Part shown: positions 15,001-26,849 of the stretch, in pieces
How positions within the stretch are numbered: the stretch's first letter is position 1
Layout of the letters: every line of letters begins with the position of its first letter
Program-made: the position numbers and the translations under genes
Source of the DNA: Nemertoderma westbladi
Lineage: Eukaryota; Animalia; Xenacoelomorpha
NCBI GenBank assembly: GCA_032718475.1
Contig: JAUCBJ010008528.1
Coordinates: 71,322-135,321, forward strand
Length of the DNA: 64,000 nucleotides
Direction of reading: 5' to 3'
Notes under the pieces: model-generated
Databases searched by the model: none
The model's input: only the letters and a program-made list of their open reading frames with translations
What the model was told of the DNA's origin: nothing

Positions 15001-17665
15001 ATTGTTTGTTTCCCTTCGTACTCCATGAGTTTATTGTTTGTTTCCCTTTGTACTTCATGAGTTGATTGTTTGTTTCCCTTCGTACTTCATGAGTTGATTG
15101 TTTGTTTCCCTTCGTACTCCTCATGAGTTTATTGTTTGTTTCCCTTCGCACTCATGAGTTTATTGTTTGTATTCCTTCGTACTCCATGAGTTTATTGTTT
15201 GTTTCTCTTCGTACTCCATTAGTTTATTGTTTGTTACCCTTCGTACTCCATGAGTTTATTGTTTGTTTCACTTCGTACTTCATGAGTTGATTGTTTGTTT
15301 CCCTTCGTACTCCATGAGTTTATTGTTTGTTTCCCTTCGTACTCCATGAGTTTATTGTTTGTTTCCCTTCGCACTTCATAAGTTTATTGTTTGTTTCCCT
15401 TCGTACTCCATGAGTTTATTGTTTGTTTCCCTTCGTACTCCATGAGTTTATTGTTTGTTTCCCTTCGTACTCCATGAGTTTATTGTTTGTTTCCCTTCGC
15501 ACTCCATGAGTTTATTGTTTGTTTCCCTTCGTACTCCATGAGTTTATTGTTTGTTTCTCTTCATACTCCTCATGAGTTTATTGTTTGTTTCCCTTCGTAC
15601 TCCGTGAGTTTATTGTTTGTTTCCCTTCGTACTCCATGAGTTTATTGTTTGTTTCCCTTCGTACTCCGTGAGTTTATTGTTTGTTTCCCTTCGTACTCCA
15701 TGAGTTTATTGTTTGTTTCCCTTCGTACTCCGTGAGTTTATTGTTTGTTTCCCTTCGTACTCCATGAGTTTATTGTTTGTTTCCCCTCGTACTCCATGAG
15801 TTTATTGTTTGTTTGCCTTCCTCGTACTCCATGAGTTTATTGTTTGTTTCCCTTCGTACTCCATGAGTTTATTGTTTGTTTCCCCTCGTACTCCATGAGT
15901 TTATTGTTTGTTTGCCTTCCTCGTACTCCATGAGTTTATTGTTTGTTTCCCTTCGTACTCCATGAGTTTATTGTTTATTTCCCTTCGTACTCCATGAGTT
16001 TATTGTTTGTTACCCTTCGTACTCCATGAGTTTATTGTTTGTTTCTCTTCGTACTCCATGAGTTTATTGTTTGTTACCCTTCGTACTCCATGAGTTTATT
16101 GTTTGTTTCCCTTCGTACTCCATGAGTTTATTGTTTGTATTCCTTCGCACTCATGAGTTTATTGTTTGTATTCCTTCGTACTCCATGAGTTTATTGTTTG
16201 TTTCCCTTCGTACTCCATGAGTTTATTGTTTGTTTCCCTTCGTACTCCATGAGTTTATTGTTTGTTTCCCTTCGTACTCCATGAGTTTATTGTTTGTTTC
16301 CCTTCGTACTCCATGAGTTTATTGTTTGTTTGCCTTCCTCGTACTCCATGAGTTTATTGTTTGTTTCCCTTCGTACTCCATGAGTTTATTGTTTTTTTCC
16401 CCTCGTACTCCATGAGTTTATTGTTTGTTTGCCTTCCTCGTACTCCATGAGTTTATTGTTTGTTTCCCTTCGTACTCCATGAGTTTATTGTTTATTTCCC
16501 TTCGTACTCCATGAGTTTATTGTTTGTTACCCTTCGTACTCCATGAGTTTATTGTTTGTTTCTCTTCGTACTCCATGAGTTTATTGTTTGTTACCCTTCG
16601 TACTCCATGAGTTTATTGTTTGTTACCCTTCGTACTCCATGAGTTTATTGTTTGTTTCTATTCGTACTCCATGAGTTTATTGTTTGTTACCCTTCGTACT
16701 CCATGAGTTTATTGTTTGTTTCCCTTCGTACTCCATGAGTTTATTGTTTGTATTCCTTCGTACTCCATGAGTTGATTGTTTGTTTCCCTTCGTACTCCAT
16801 GAGTTGATTGTTTGTTTCCCTTCGTACTCCATGAGTTTATTGTTCGTTTCCCTTCGTACTCCATGAGTTTATTGTTTGTTTCCCTTCCGCGTACTCCATG
16901 AGTTGATTGTTTGTTTCCCTTCGTACTCCATGAGTTGATTGTTTGTTTCCCTTCGTACTTCATGAGTTGATTGTTTGTTTCCCTTCGTACTCCTCATGGG
17001 TTTATTGTTTGTTTCTCTTCGTACTCCATGAGTTTATTATTTGTTTCCCTTCGTACTCTATGAGTTTATTGTTTGTTTCCCTTCGTACTCCATGAGTTTA
17101 TTGTTTGTTGTCCCTTCGTACTCCATGAGTTGATTGTTTGTTTCCCTTCGTACTCCATGAGTTGATTGTTTGTTTCCCTTCGTACTTCATGAGTTGATTG
17201 TTTGTTTCCCTTCCGCGTACTCCATGAGTTGATTGTTTGTTTCCCTTCGTACTCCATGAGTTGATTGTTTGTTTCCCTTCGTACTTCATGAGTTGATTGT
17301 TTGTTTCCCTTCGTACTCCATGAGTTGATTGTTTGTTTCCCTTCGTACTTCATGAGTTGATTGTTTGTTTCCCTACGTACTCCATGAGTTTATTGTTTGT
17401 TTCCCTTCCTCGTACTCCATGAGTTTATTGTTTGTTTCCCTTCGTACTCCGTGAGTTTATTGTTTGTTTCCCTTCGTACTCCATGAGTTTATTGTTTGTT
17501 TCCCTACGTACTCCATGAGTTTATTGTTTGTTTCCCTTCGTACTCCATGAGTTTATTATTTGTTTCCCTTCGTACTCTATGAGTTTATTGTTTGTTTCCC
17601 TTCGTACTCCATGAGTTTATTGTTTGTTTCCCTTCGTACTCCATGAGTTTATTGTTTGTCCCCAG
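1..17665. repeat. 32-bp tandem satellite (consensus GAGTTTATTGTTTGTTTCCCTTCGTACTCCAT), about 550 units, open at the left edge, intronic
   Basis: Unit read directly. Variants (TTGATT, TTACCC, CTCCTCAT, GCCTTCCTC) recur in blocks. The ORF track shows 32-aa periodicity and identical ORFs at offsets of 1957 and 7177 bp. Confidence 0.98.
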
Positions 17666-17799
17666 ACATCCTCTATGAGTCAACCGGAGCTGCGTAAACG
17701 CATGAAACATCGAGTCATCCCACCACCACTATCGTTACGAGCAGCGCCATCTAGCGATCAAACATCACAATTCCTTTTACCAACAGTAAAGGATCCAAG
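17666..17799 (+). CDS. HDAC4: Probable exon of class IIa HDAC gene, upstream of the catalytic domain (TSSMSQPELRKRMKHRVIPPPLSLRAAPSSDQTSQFLLPTVKDP)
   Basis: Acceptor tttgtccccag at 17665, donor AG|gtttag at 17800. Phase 2 matches the exon at 23534 (AG+G = Arg). The peptide itself is not recognised as homologous. Confidence 0.6.
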
Positions 17800-18538
17800 G
17801 TTTAGTTATATTCATAATATCTTCTTTAAATACATTCTCTCTCTGTTAAGTATTATTATTGACTTTGTGAGATAATATATAGGCTAATAATATAACGATG
17901 TATATGTGATTAATTATTGCATAATAAGCTACAGTAAGGATGTAGTTTATATTGCAATCTTGGCATGCATCAATGTCCGAGAGGTCAGGTCAATATCTTC
18001 AATCAATAGTTGTCCGTCCTTCCCGTCCCACTGTTCACTTACCGTACTGGTTGGCAAGCTGTTGTTCGGCAGTTGGTAAAGACCTTAATAATAATGCTGA
18101 GACCGTATGATTTAATTAATTTTAACGAGAGTTCAATAGAATTAGCATTATACTGAAGAAATTAAATCTTGCATCTTGGGTTGCAGCAGAGCTCGACCAA
18201 TAGAGACACGATAACGAGGGTTATTATTAACTTGTTGCGCCCGGTCGAGCCGGCATTTATTCATGTAAAATTGGCAGATAACATTAAAAAAACCAGAAAC
18301 ACTGTCCATAGCTAAAATTATACAGATATCATTAAGACTTAGAAAACTTATATAATAGTCCGGCTATAAATTACCTTGAGGGTACTAGTATTAGACTAAA
18401 TGTAACCTAGGTTACATGGACACGTTTGTTTAAAACTATTTAATCAGTTATGCACAAAATAAAAGTAGGCCAACGGCCATACAGATCCAACATTTCAAAA
18501 AAAATCAAATTCATTGCTGATTTGTAATCAGGAATAAC

Positions 18539-18945
18539 CGCAATGAATCAATATGTGAGGTTAAACGTGTTACAACACAATACAATAACATGTTATATAT
18601 ATTACAATGCATATGGTCATTGGTCAATGACCTTGCGTTTAACAAATTGATCAATTGCACGATAATTATACAATTATGCGTAGATAATACGAAATCCATT
18701 CAGCCAGGTAGTGGTACTCGAGTTAACCCACCCGGGTTGTATTAATCAAAATATTTATAGTCCATATTCTAGAATCGGATTAAACAATCCACAGTAGAGT
18801 TACACAGTATAGAAAATTGGCAACGCAATGAATCAATGTAGGAGCTTAAACGTGTTACAACACAATACAATATAATACATTTTATATATATTACAACATA
18901 TTGCCTTATCCAATTAATCTATAGGTCAATTGCACGATACTATTA
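18539..18945. repeat. Local imperfect direct duplication (~120 bp, at ~18539 and ~18824)
   Basis: CGCAATGAATCAAT...TTAAACGTGTTACAACACAATACAATA...TCAATTGCACGATA occurs twice. Confidence 0.7.
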
Positions 18946-21189
18946 GATCCGGTTACGTTAGCTATAAATTCTGTAACTAGAACGCCAGCAAGCTGGCTTT
19001 AAACGAACCTGTCTTTCAAGTTCAAGGTTCAACTGTATACAGTAATGTTCTTCGATAAGAAAAAAGTATCGGAAAGAAGCACTTTTAGTCACAAATTTTA
19101 ATTAACCGAAATTCAATTAATCTATCTGGGTGTATTGAGATTTGCACGAGTAAGGAGGCTTTTAAAATTCCATCGAGTGCAAAACCCAATACACGAGGGC
19201 AGAATATCTGAATTTCGGTTACTGAAATTAATTACAAGGAGTTCTTTCCGACACGTTTTAGGCACTAATGTAATAAATATTGATGAAAAATCCAAATAAT
19301 ATCTTTAACCGAAAAGCATAGTAATATAACTTTTTGATCAAGTTCTGCAGATATGGCGGCCCATGAAAAATATACCAGATTTTCTGCCGTATATTTTCAC
19401 TTTGCAGTTTACCCCAATGTGAAGAATACCCGGTTTTCATTAAAAATACAGGTTACAGAAGGGCTGAATCTAACCAAAACAACAGGTTATAAGACTGAAA
19501 TGGCGTAAAAAAACACTTTATAAGGTACATTTAAAAAAATACGAATTCTTCATATAGGCCTATAAAATTTCAATGTAATTTCGACAGAAAAGTGAATACC
19601 TGGTATTCTTCACATAGGCAGTAATAACATCATGAGCAATGCGAAATAAACTAAATCATATAGTTGCCTGAGTGATACACGGTTAGTCTATATAAATTGC
19701 ATTTAGAACTGGTAAAAAATTGTTGGTTTGAAACAATGCCATTATAATGAGAAGAAATTTAATAATTATATTATTAACAATCAAACTCAAACAATCAATT
19801 GAATATTTACTAAATTGCTTCCATAATTACGCAGCGATTCAAATTATTGTACCTTTCAAATCCTGATGCTGCCTTACTCAATGTTAAATTGTGTGTTAAA
19901 TAATTTTATGTTATGGAATATTTATTTATTTAAGTAGAGATCAGGCTCAACTACAAACCAATATTGGATAGTGAGTTCCGTTTTGGAGTACTTCTTGTAG
20001 ACACTAAAGTTGCAATAATTTTTGAGTGTCTGCATGGATTTTGCTCAAATTGCGTGCAAACCTTTTCTATTTCGATGCACTTTCGATTCATGTAATAAAA
20101 TTTAATAAATTTGGTCCTTTTTCTGCCGGTTTTGGGGGATATTCTGATCAAAAATAACAATTTAAGAATAAAATACATTCCAAGCCTTTACCGTTTAGAT
20201 TTTCTTGCTAAATGCCTGAACAGAGATGAATGTACTGTATTAGATAATAAAAGTATAGAACACTAATTAATTCTACGTAATCTCAGTTTAGCCTAAAAAA
20301 TAACATCGGGGAAGCAACCAATTTAACAATATAATGTACAAAACTCCTATGAAATTTGGTGATATGTACCATTGAGTCTATCAAACAGCTTTTGGTACCC
20401 GGCTGGTACCCTGGTTTAGTTTCTGGTATTGTTAGTTTAATCGACAGCTGTTGTAAACGTCCCAGATAAACAAAACCTACTAAGCTATTAATGTTTGGCA
20501 TTCTATCAGATTTCAGTAGTAAGTAACCTCATAATAATTGCTAAATATCAATCACCTGAAAAACATTTTAAGCAAGGGAGTTGTGGGTATTTAATTTCGC
20601 GTTCAATAATGTTGAAAATATGCAAATATTTCGAATATCGCACTTCGAATCGTTCCCAACTTTTTTATTCAACAACTAGACAACAATTGATAAATACTTG
20701 CGTTTACAATTTTACAATGCATGCAAGTGGTTTCAAGCCATTTGGTGAACATAAATAGTGAGTGATATAGTGACATATATAGTGATATAGGTAAATATAG
20801 ACATATATAGTGAGTGATATAGGTAAATATATCCATCGTGTTTTTGCCGGCCTCAGCTTTAGACAAAAACTACCCAGTCTAAAGACAGGTACGTTATAAT
20901 GTTTAAATAGTTAGTAGATTGGTGGATTATATGATTCCAAAATAATCGAGGATATATTTGTGTTTATCGCAGAAGGGGATTGCCATTTTATAACAGTTTG
21001 CAATAAAGCTAGCATCATTTTTCTCACTTAGTTTTAGTTCGCCTGGTTTTATCCGTGAGAGCACGCTGTGTGTTGCATAAGTAGAGGTTAGTAGTGAGTG
21101 GAGAGTAGGAAGCGGATAAGCCGTTGCGGCTTTGTGATAGGTGCTGCCAAGGCTAATGTGTGCCGTGTCTTGGTTGTTGTATGGTGCGT

Positions 21190-22620
21190 TAGGTCCTGGT
21201 AGCATTAGATCCGTGGCTTATGTCCTGGTAGCTAGACCTCAGTATCCGGACAATTCGGTCCAAAAAACAGGCGTATTTATGGGACCGAATTGTCCGGGAC
21301 CGAATTGTCCGGATACTGACTAGGACAATTCGGTCCAAAAAACATGCGTATTTATGGGACCGAATTGTCCGGAACCGAATTGTGTGGGACCGAATTGTCC
21401 GGGACAAAATTTAATTGGTACTACTGTACTATATAATGGTGAATGTTCTAGAACCTTAAAAGATATTATTATATGGTAGCTAGTGTTTTTTTTACTAGCT
21501 AGTATTTTTTTGAAAATAAAAAAATTTTACTTTTTTATGTTAACATTATTAGTTATGGTAGCTATGGTGTTTTTATGGAGCTTGTGAATTATTTACTAGC
21601 TAGTAATAGTATGTATTTAAAATGTTTAAAACTGATTTTTTTTATATACTGCGTAATATAATACACACATCTCCAACCAGACACTATATAACATTGGAGG
21701 TGTCTCATTGGTTCCCTCAAGCTTGACACTAGAACAAAATCGCCTCCGCTTTGCAGGACATTGCTTTCGCCGTGAGGACCAGCCAGTGCATAATCTTGTA
21801 CTTTGGCAGCCTCATGGAGTGAATAAGCATGGTGGACAGCCCATGACTTTCTTGACTCGCATCTTAAAGGACACTGGCCTTAAAGATGCGGATGATCTAG
21901 CAAATGTCATGGGTGATAGGGAGTTGTGGCGGTGCAATTTTGTTGACAAGCCGGCACAGCATTCCTAAAAATGCAGCTGCAATGCAGCATGCCGATCCTA
22001 GTTTAGTAATACTGTATGTGTTGTTGGTTGGTTAACAAGCCTAAACTATTATCCTAGATAATAGCTTGATCTCATTCAGGGACTGTTATTATATCATCAA
22101 TATTTTTGGTAATTAATATATTCAGCAACAGTTTAGGCCTAATTCTGAAATATCAATGTTTTCACAAGTTTTTTTATAATTTCAAGGAAATGCTAGCTAG
22201 TAAAAAAAACACGAGCTAAACCTTAATAAATAATATATAATAATGTTCTCGAACACTTACCAATAACAAAAATAAAAAAAGTATAGTATTTTTAAAATTT
22301 CAAAAAATTCTAGCAAGAAAATAACACTAGCTACCATAAAAAATATCTCTACTAATGTTATAGAACATTCACCAATATCAAAAAAGCACTAAAAAGCTTC
22401 TATCAGGAACCGGACAATTCGGTCCCGGACAATTCGGTCCCGGACAATTCGGTCCTAGGACAATTCGGTCCCGGACAATTCGGTCCCATTTATTTAGTGT
22501 TTTGGGACCAAATTGTCAGGGACCGAATTGTCCGGGACCGAATTGTCCCGACCGAATTGTCCGGGACCGAATTATCCTACATCCGACCTAAAGCTACATA
22601 ACCTAATGCCCCAGGACCTA
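21190..22620. mobile_element. Foldback/MITE-like non-autonomous DNA element with long imperfect inverted arms and arrays of the 15-bp unit GGACAATTCGGTCCC
   Basis: TAGGTCCTGGTAGCATTAG (~21190) mirrors CTAATGCCCCAGGACCTA (~22603-22620). 15-mer arrays at 21245-21410 and 22410-22580. Inner inverted arms at ~21435-21490 and ~22320-22375. Confidence 0.65.
21663..22002 (+). mobile_element. 3' fragment of the same RTE-like LINE family found at 50861-52680
   Basis: Nearly identical to ~52331-52670. Encodes the same C-terminus (LRFAGHCFRREDQPVHNLVLWQP...DKPAQHS) and ends at CCTAGT. Confidence 0.92.
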
Positions 22621-22891
22621 AAAATCCTTAAATCCTAAAAAAAGACCGGAAAATCCTTGTAGTCCTCCAGGCGCAGGACGTCGTCATATATAAATTTTCA
22701 ATTAAATTATTACCGAAATTATTACCGGGCGGGGGGGGGGGGGGGGGGTCGTAGTTAATAGTAAGCTAAATAATCCCATGATGAGAAATAAAATGTCAAA
22801 CCAACATAGACAGACAAGACGTTCTTAATATCCTTATTCGAAAATATCAGTAAATTAGGTAAATCACCGTTATACAAGTCACACATGTTGC

Positions 22892-23200
22892 ATGTGGGGC
22901 GAGCCACACAGTCAGGGTGAGCCTTAGTGCACAATTATAATTAGTAAATAGGGCAAAATTTCATGGCCGTCTGTCTTTCTGTCTTTCTGTCCGTCTGTAA
23001 TGAAAAACACATTCGTAAATAACGTTTGAAGATTTTAACCATTTTCAACCAAATTTTGTATGGGCATACTAGAGAAAAAGTTCCAATATTTTAGAAAGTT
23101 ACGGGAAAATACCTCTCGAACTTTTGACCCAGATCAAATCGAACTTGTTTCGAACTTGCTCAAGTTCGCGTGCTGCGCGACGACGTCCCACGAACGTGTT
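22892..23200 (+). mobile_element. Short HINE/DINE-1-like (Helentron-associated) non-autonomous element
   Basis: Shares both ends with 30319-32016 (ATGTGGGGCGAGCCAC...GAGCCTTAG; CGTGCTGCGCGA...CGTGTT). Internal GTCT/GTCC microsatellite at ~22969-22997. The family call rests on architecture only. Confidence 0.55.
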
Positions 23201-23533
23201 GGTATCACGTAAGTTGTCCACAATTTCAGTCTGTTTGTCTATAAACCTCTATAAAAACGTTAGGCACAATTAATTTGTTCTCAGATATTCATCACATGGC
23301 TAATTGCTAAAGTATTGTTGTATTTTGCCATGCTTGTGGGTGAATGTCACGTTAAGACTCTGTGGTAGGTGTTAATAATTAATTCAGAATTCATTTTCAC
23401 GGGGCATCTGTTTACAATCACCATAGTTGAACCGGGAAAGCAGAAAATGTTCAGTACATTATTGAAATAACAACAATGACTTTTTCAGTGTTTTTGTTTA
23501 TCAGTAGACCATATAGGTATTTTGTTTCGACAG

Positions 23534-23846
23534 GTCTGCTAATGTCGACGTACAGGCCGTGATCCGAAAGCGGTTGTTGCTACGACAACAGCAAGGTAAA
23601 TCCCCGGGATCAGCGGGACTACCGAACGCGCCTCCGCCCTCGCCAGCCCTGGCGCCCGGCGCTCTGTTGGCCGCACCCACCGATCAGTCGCCCACTGCCC
23701 AGCAGGTCTCTCCGATTATACCCCGCCCAGAGGTTACCGGGCTCGTTTACGATTCAGTTATGTTGAAGCATACGTGTAGCTGTGGGGATAACACAACGCA
23801 CGCGGAACACCCTGGGAGGTTACAGAGCATCTGGGCGCGTTTACAG
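23534..23846 (+). CDS. HDAC4: Class IIa HDAC exon, start of the catalytic domain
   Basis: Acceptor tttcgacag, donor CAG|gtaagc. Encodes TGLVYDSVMLKHTCSCGDNTTHAEHPGRLQSIWARLQ, matching HDAC4 TGLVYD..MLKH.C.CG....H.EH.GRIQSIW.RLQ, including the class IIa CxC..H zinc ligands. Confidence 0.95.
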
Positions 23847-25429
23847 GTAAGCATAAGAGGCGGGGGCTAAATTGCCCTCTACTTTTGTTTTTTTGCGCAC
23901 TCTACAATCACTCTAAATTTTTTGACCACTGCCCAATTTCTTTAACTTTTCAAAAATAAACATTGGCTTTGAATATAAATAACGAACTTTGTTACATACA
24001 TTCCAATCATAACAATAAGCATAAGTTACATAAATATGAGTACAACAACAACTAGTGGTTGATATTTTAATATATTTACTCTTACCCTTCTAATTATTTA
24101 TTATGCCCTTGTAATTTATTAATAGTTTCATCAGATTTTTATTTCTTGATTCTTTTCTAATTAGGCTAAATGATATGCACATCTTTTGATTTTATTATTA
24201 TTATCTATAATAGATTTTATTGCTACTCAGAGAAGTAGGCTTGCTCCTTGAATTGCTTCATTGCTCTAGACTGGTAGGCCTCCCACCTTACAACGTAGTA
24301 AAGTTCAATATGTTTGTAGGTCCAATATCTTTCAGTTTACCACGGTACCGGCACCTTTGAGGTTGTAGTCTGTGCTTGTCCTTACAAAGACGACCTAGTT
24401 AGAAGATTAGACCTGGTTTCTACGTCCTTATCCTTAATATGAAAACGGTGTGAATTTAAGAATTTACAATTACGACACCAGTTTAATATTAACCACCATG
24501 CACCGGTACATATATATCTCATTCATTCATTATCTTTCATTTTAATCTGCCATCAACATACTGAAAGGGTGTATTATTTTGAGGTATGCTACCGGTAGGT
24601 CATAGCATGCTGTTCATTCATATTCTTTCAGTTTTCCTTACCTGATTATTTATATATTTAGCTACCGTCCTGACCTGTGTTAGTGTGTAATTATATCACT
24701 AAAGTTAGCCTACAACTACGGGGGCACAAGAACACAGGTCTTCTGAGCTTCTACCTGTGCCTGACCCACATAAAACTATTTATGTTTCCTTTGGCCTACT
24801 TACCGGTTACAGGTAGGCCTATCATCTATCACCAGTGCATTTAACGCCGACGGTCGGTAAATACTAGGCTATATTAAATTATAATGGTACCTAGCGGTTA
24901 ACCTTAGCTGCATAGGCTATATATAGCATGTATAACTAAACAGTAGGCCTAAACGATACGTAGTGAATGCCGATAGCTGTAGGCTATGGGATGGGTGGGG
25001 TGGGGATTGTCCTAAAAATAGGGGCTGGTTATATATATCCAAGGTAAAATCATAATGATAGGCCTATGGCCTACCGAACGCAGGTCTCTAATTCGAATAA
25101 CTGTTGTCCTTGTCGCCCTTGCCATATTGAATTTCGTATCTACCGGTACTTATGAACATCACACATAACAATATAGGCTATCTACCGGTAGAACTGTTGA
25201 ACTATATCCATTGCTAGTTAACTTTTTAAATGCGAAGTGTTTTTCGGCCAATGTAAAGTAAACATTCCCAGAGTGCGCAAGGAAGCCAATATTTGTATAC
25301 GTATCTTTTAAGGGGAATGTTTCGTTGGTGGGTTGATTGGTTCGTCGGTCGGCCGGTTGGTCGGCTGGTTGGCAGGTCGATTGGTACATTAGTGGGTAGA
25401 CGGTCGGTGGGTTGTAAAAGATGTGTATA

Positions 25430-26185
25430 TGGGAAGATGACTGGGTGGGAAGATGGGAATGTGGGTAGTTGTGTGGGCAGATGGGAATGTGGGAAGTTGG
25501 CTGGGTGGGTATGTTGGTGGTTGTGTGGGAAGATGGGAAGGTGACTGGGTGGGGATGTGGGTGGTTGTGTCAAATTCCCAAATTGCCATCCACCTTCACG
25601 TCTTCCCACATTCCCATCTTCCCACATTTCCATATTTCCACATTCCCACCTACTTTGCCATCTTCCACACTCCCATCTTCCCACATTCCATTCTCCCCAC
25701 ATTCTCATCATCCCCCAATCCCATCTTCCCACATTCCCATCTTCCCACCCATCTTCCCACATTCCCATCTTTCCACATTCCCATCTTCCCAAATTACCAT
25801 CCACCTTCACGTCTGCCCACATTCCCATCTTCCCACATTTCCATATTTCCACATTCCCCCACATCTTCCCACATTCCCACCTACTTTGCCATCTTCCACA
25901 CTCCCATCTTCCCACATTCCAATCTCCCCACATTCTCATCATCCCCCAGTCACTTCTTCCCACATTCCCATCTTCCCGCATTCCCATCGTCCCACATACC
26001 CACCTACTTTGCCATCTTCTACATTCCAATCTTCCCACATTCCCATTTTCACACATTCTCATCTTCCCACATTCCCATCTTCCCACATTCCCATCTTCCT
26101 ACATTCCCATCTTCCCTCATTCGCATCCACCTTCCCGCATTCCAATCTATTTTCCAATTCCAACATTTCCACCAACCTTTCCATC
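25430..26185. repeat. Low-complexity ~17-bp minisatellite (CCCACATTCCCATCTTC) with a strand switch near 25570
   Basis: GGGAAGATGGGAATGTGGG units on the left, the complementary units on the right. ~210-bp higher-order duplication (25578 vs 25789). Confidence 0.9.
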
Positions 26186-26339
26186 GTAACACATCGGTAT
26201 CATGATTTGTAGGTGTGGCATGTGTGCGTACTAATTTCCATTTTGTTGGTATGGCAAAATAGCAACAGATACCTACGGTTCTAGTTTCTTAATTCAGTGA
26301 CTTGGACTTTCCCTCAGCTCAGCCCCTATAAATTTTGCT

Positions 26340-26700
26340 ACAAATCTGAATGATTTTGCATAAAATTTGAAACAGTGATAGTTCCAAATATGAAACGAAA
26401 TGAAAATTTCATTGAAAAATAGCTGAGATATAAGTTCGACAGTTTAATGGTTTTTCATGCAAGGGAAGTATATAATATATATATATCAATTAAGTAACTA
26501 ATGAAAAGAGGCAATACCTATAAATTACTGGTAGGCTATTCATACATAACAAAATGTTTCAGAATATTATGGTGTACCGGTATTTACTTAATAGAATAAA
26601 ATAGCCTCGCTCAGATACAAAACGATATATCTCAGCTAGTTTTCAACGAAATTTAGATTCGCGAACAATTTGGAAACTTTGCTTGGACAGATTTCCATCA
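26340..26700. mobile_element. MITE-like inverted repeat just upstream of the ZCWPW1-like ORF
   Basis: TGAAAATTTCATTGAAAAATAGCTGAGATA (26401-26430) is the reverse complement, with ~4 mismatches, of TATCTCAGCTAGTTTTCAACGAAATTTAGA (~26628-26657). Ends are approximate. Confidence 0.5.
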
Positions 26701-26849
26701 GTACCAACAATGTCACCTACCTAGTGTATTCAGTTGTGCTAGGTTTAGTTTTATGTAAATCACCCTGTTTATAACTGCATTTTGTTCACAATCTTCATTA
26801 GCTCATAATATCATTCAATAATATTACCTATCTTATTGCTGTATGAACT

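Noticed and set aside
1-17624. Many 60-124 aa ORFs and a CRISPR-like look of the 32-bp repeats
   Set aside because: The ORFs are translations of the satellite. The repeats have no unique spacers, and the context is a eukaryotic intron with no cas genes.
25226-26212. Overlapping 200-290 aa W/G- or H/P-rich ORFs
   Set aside because: Stop-free low-complexity minisatellite, open in several frames on both strands.
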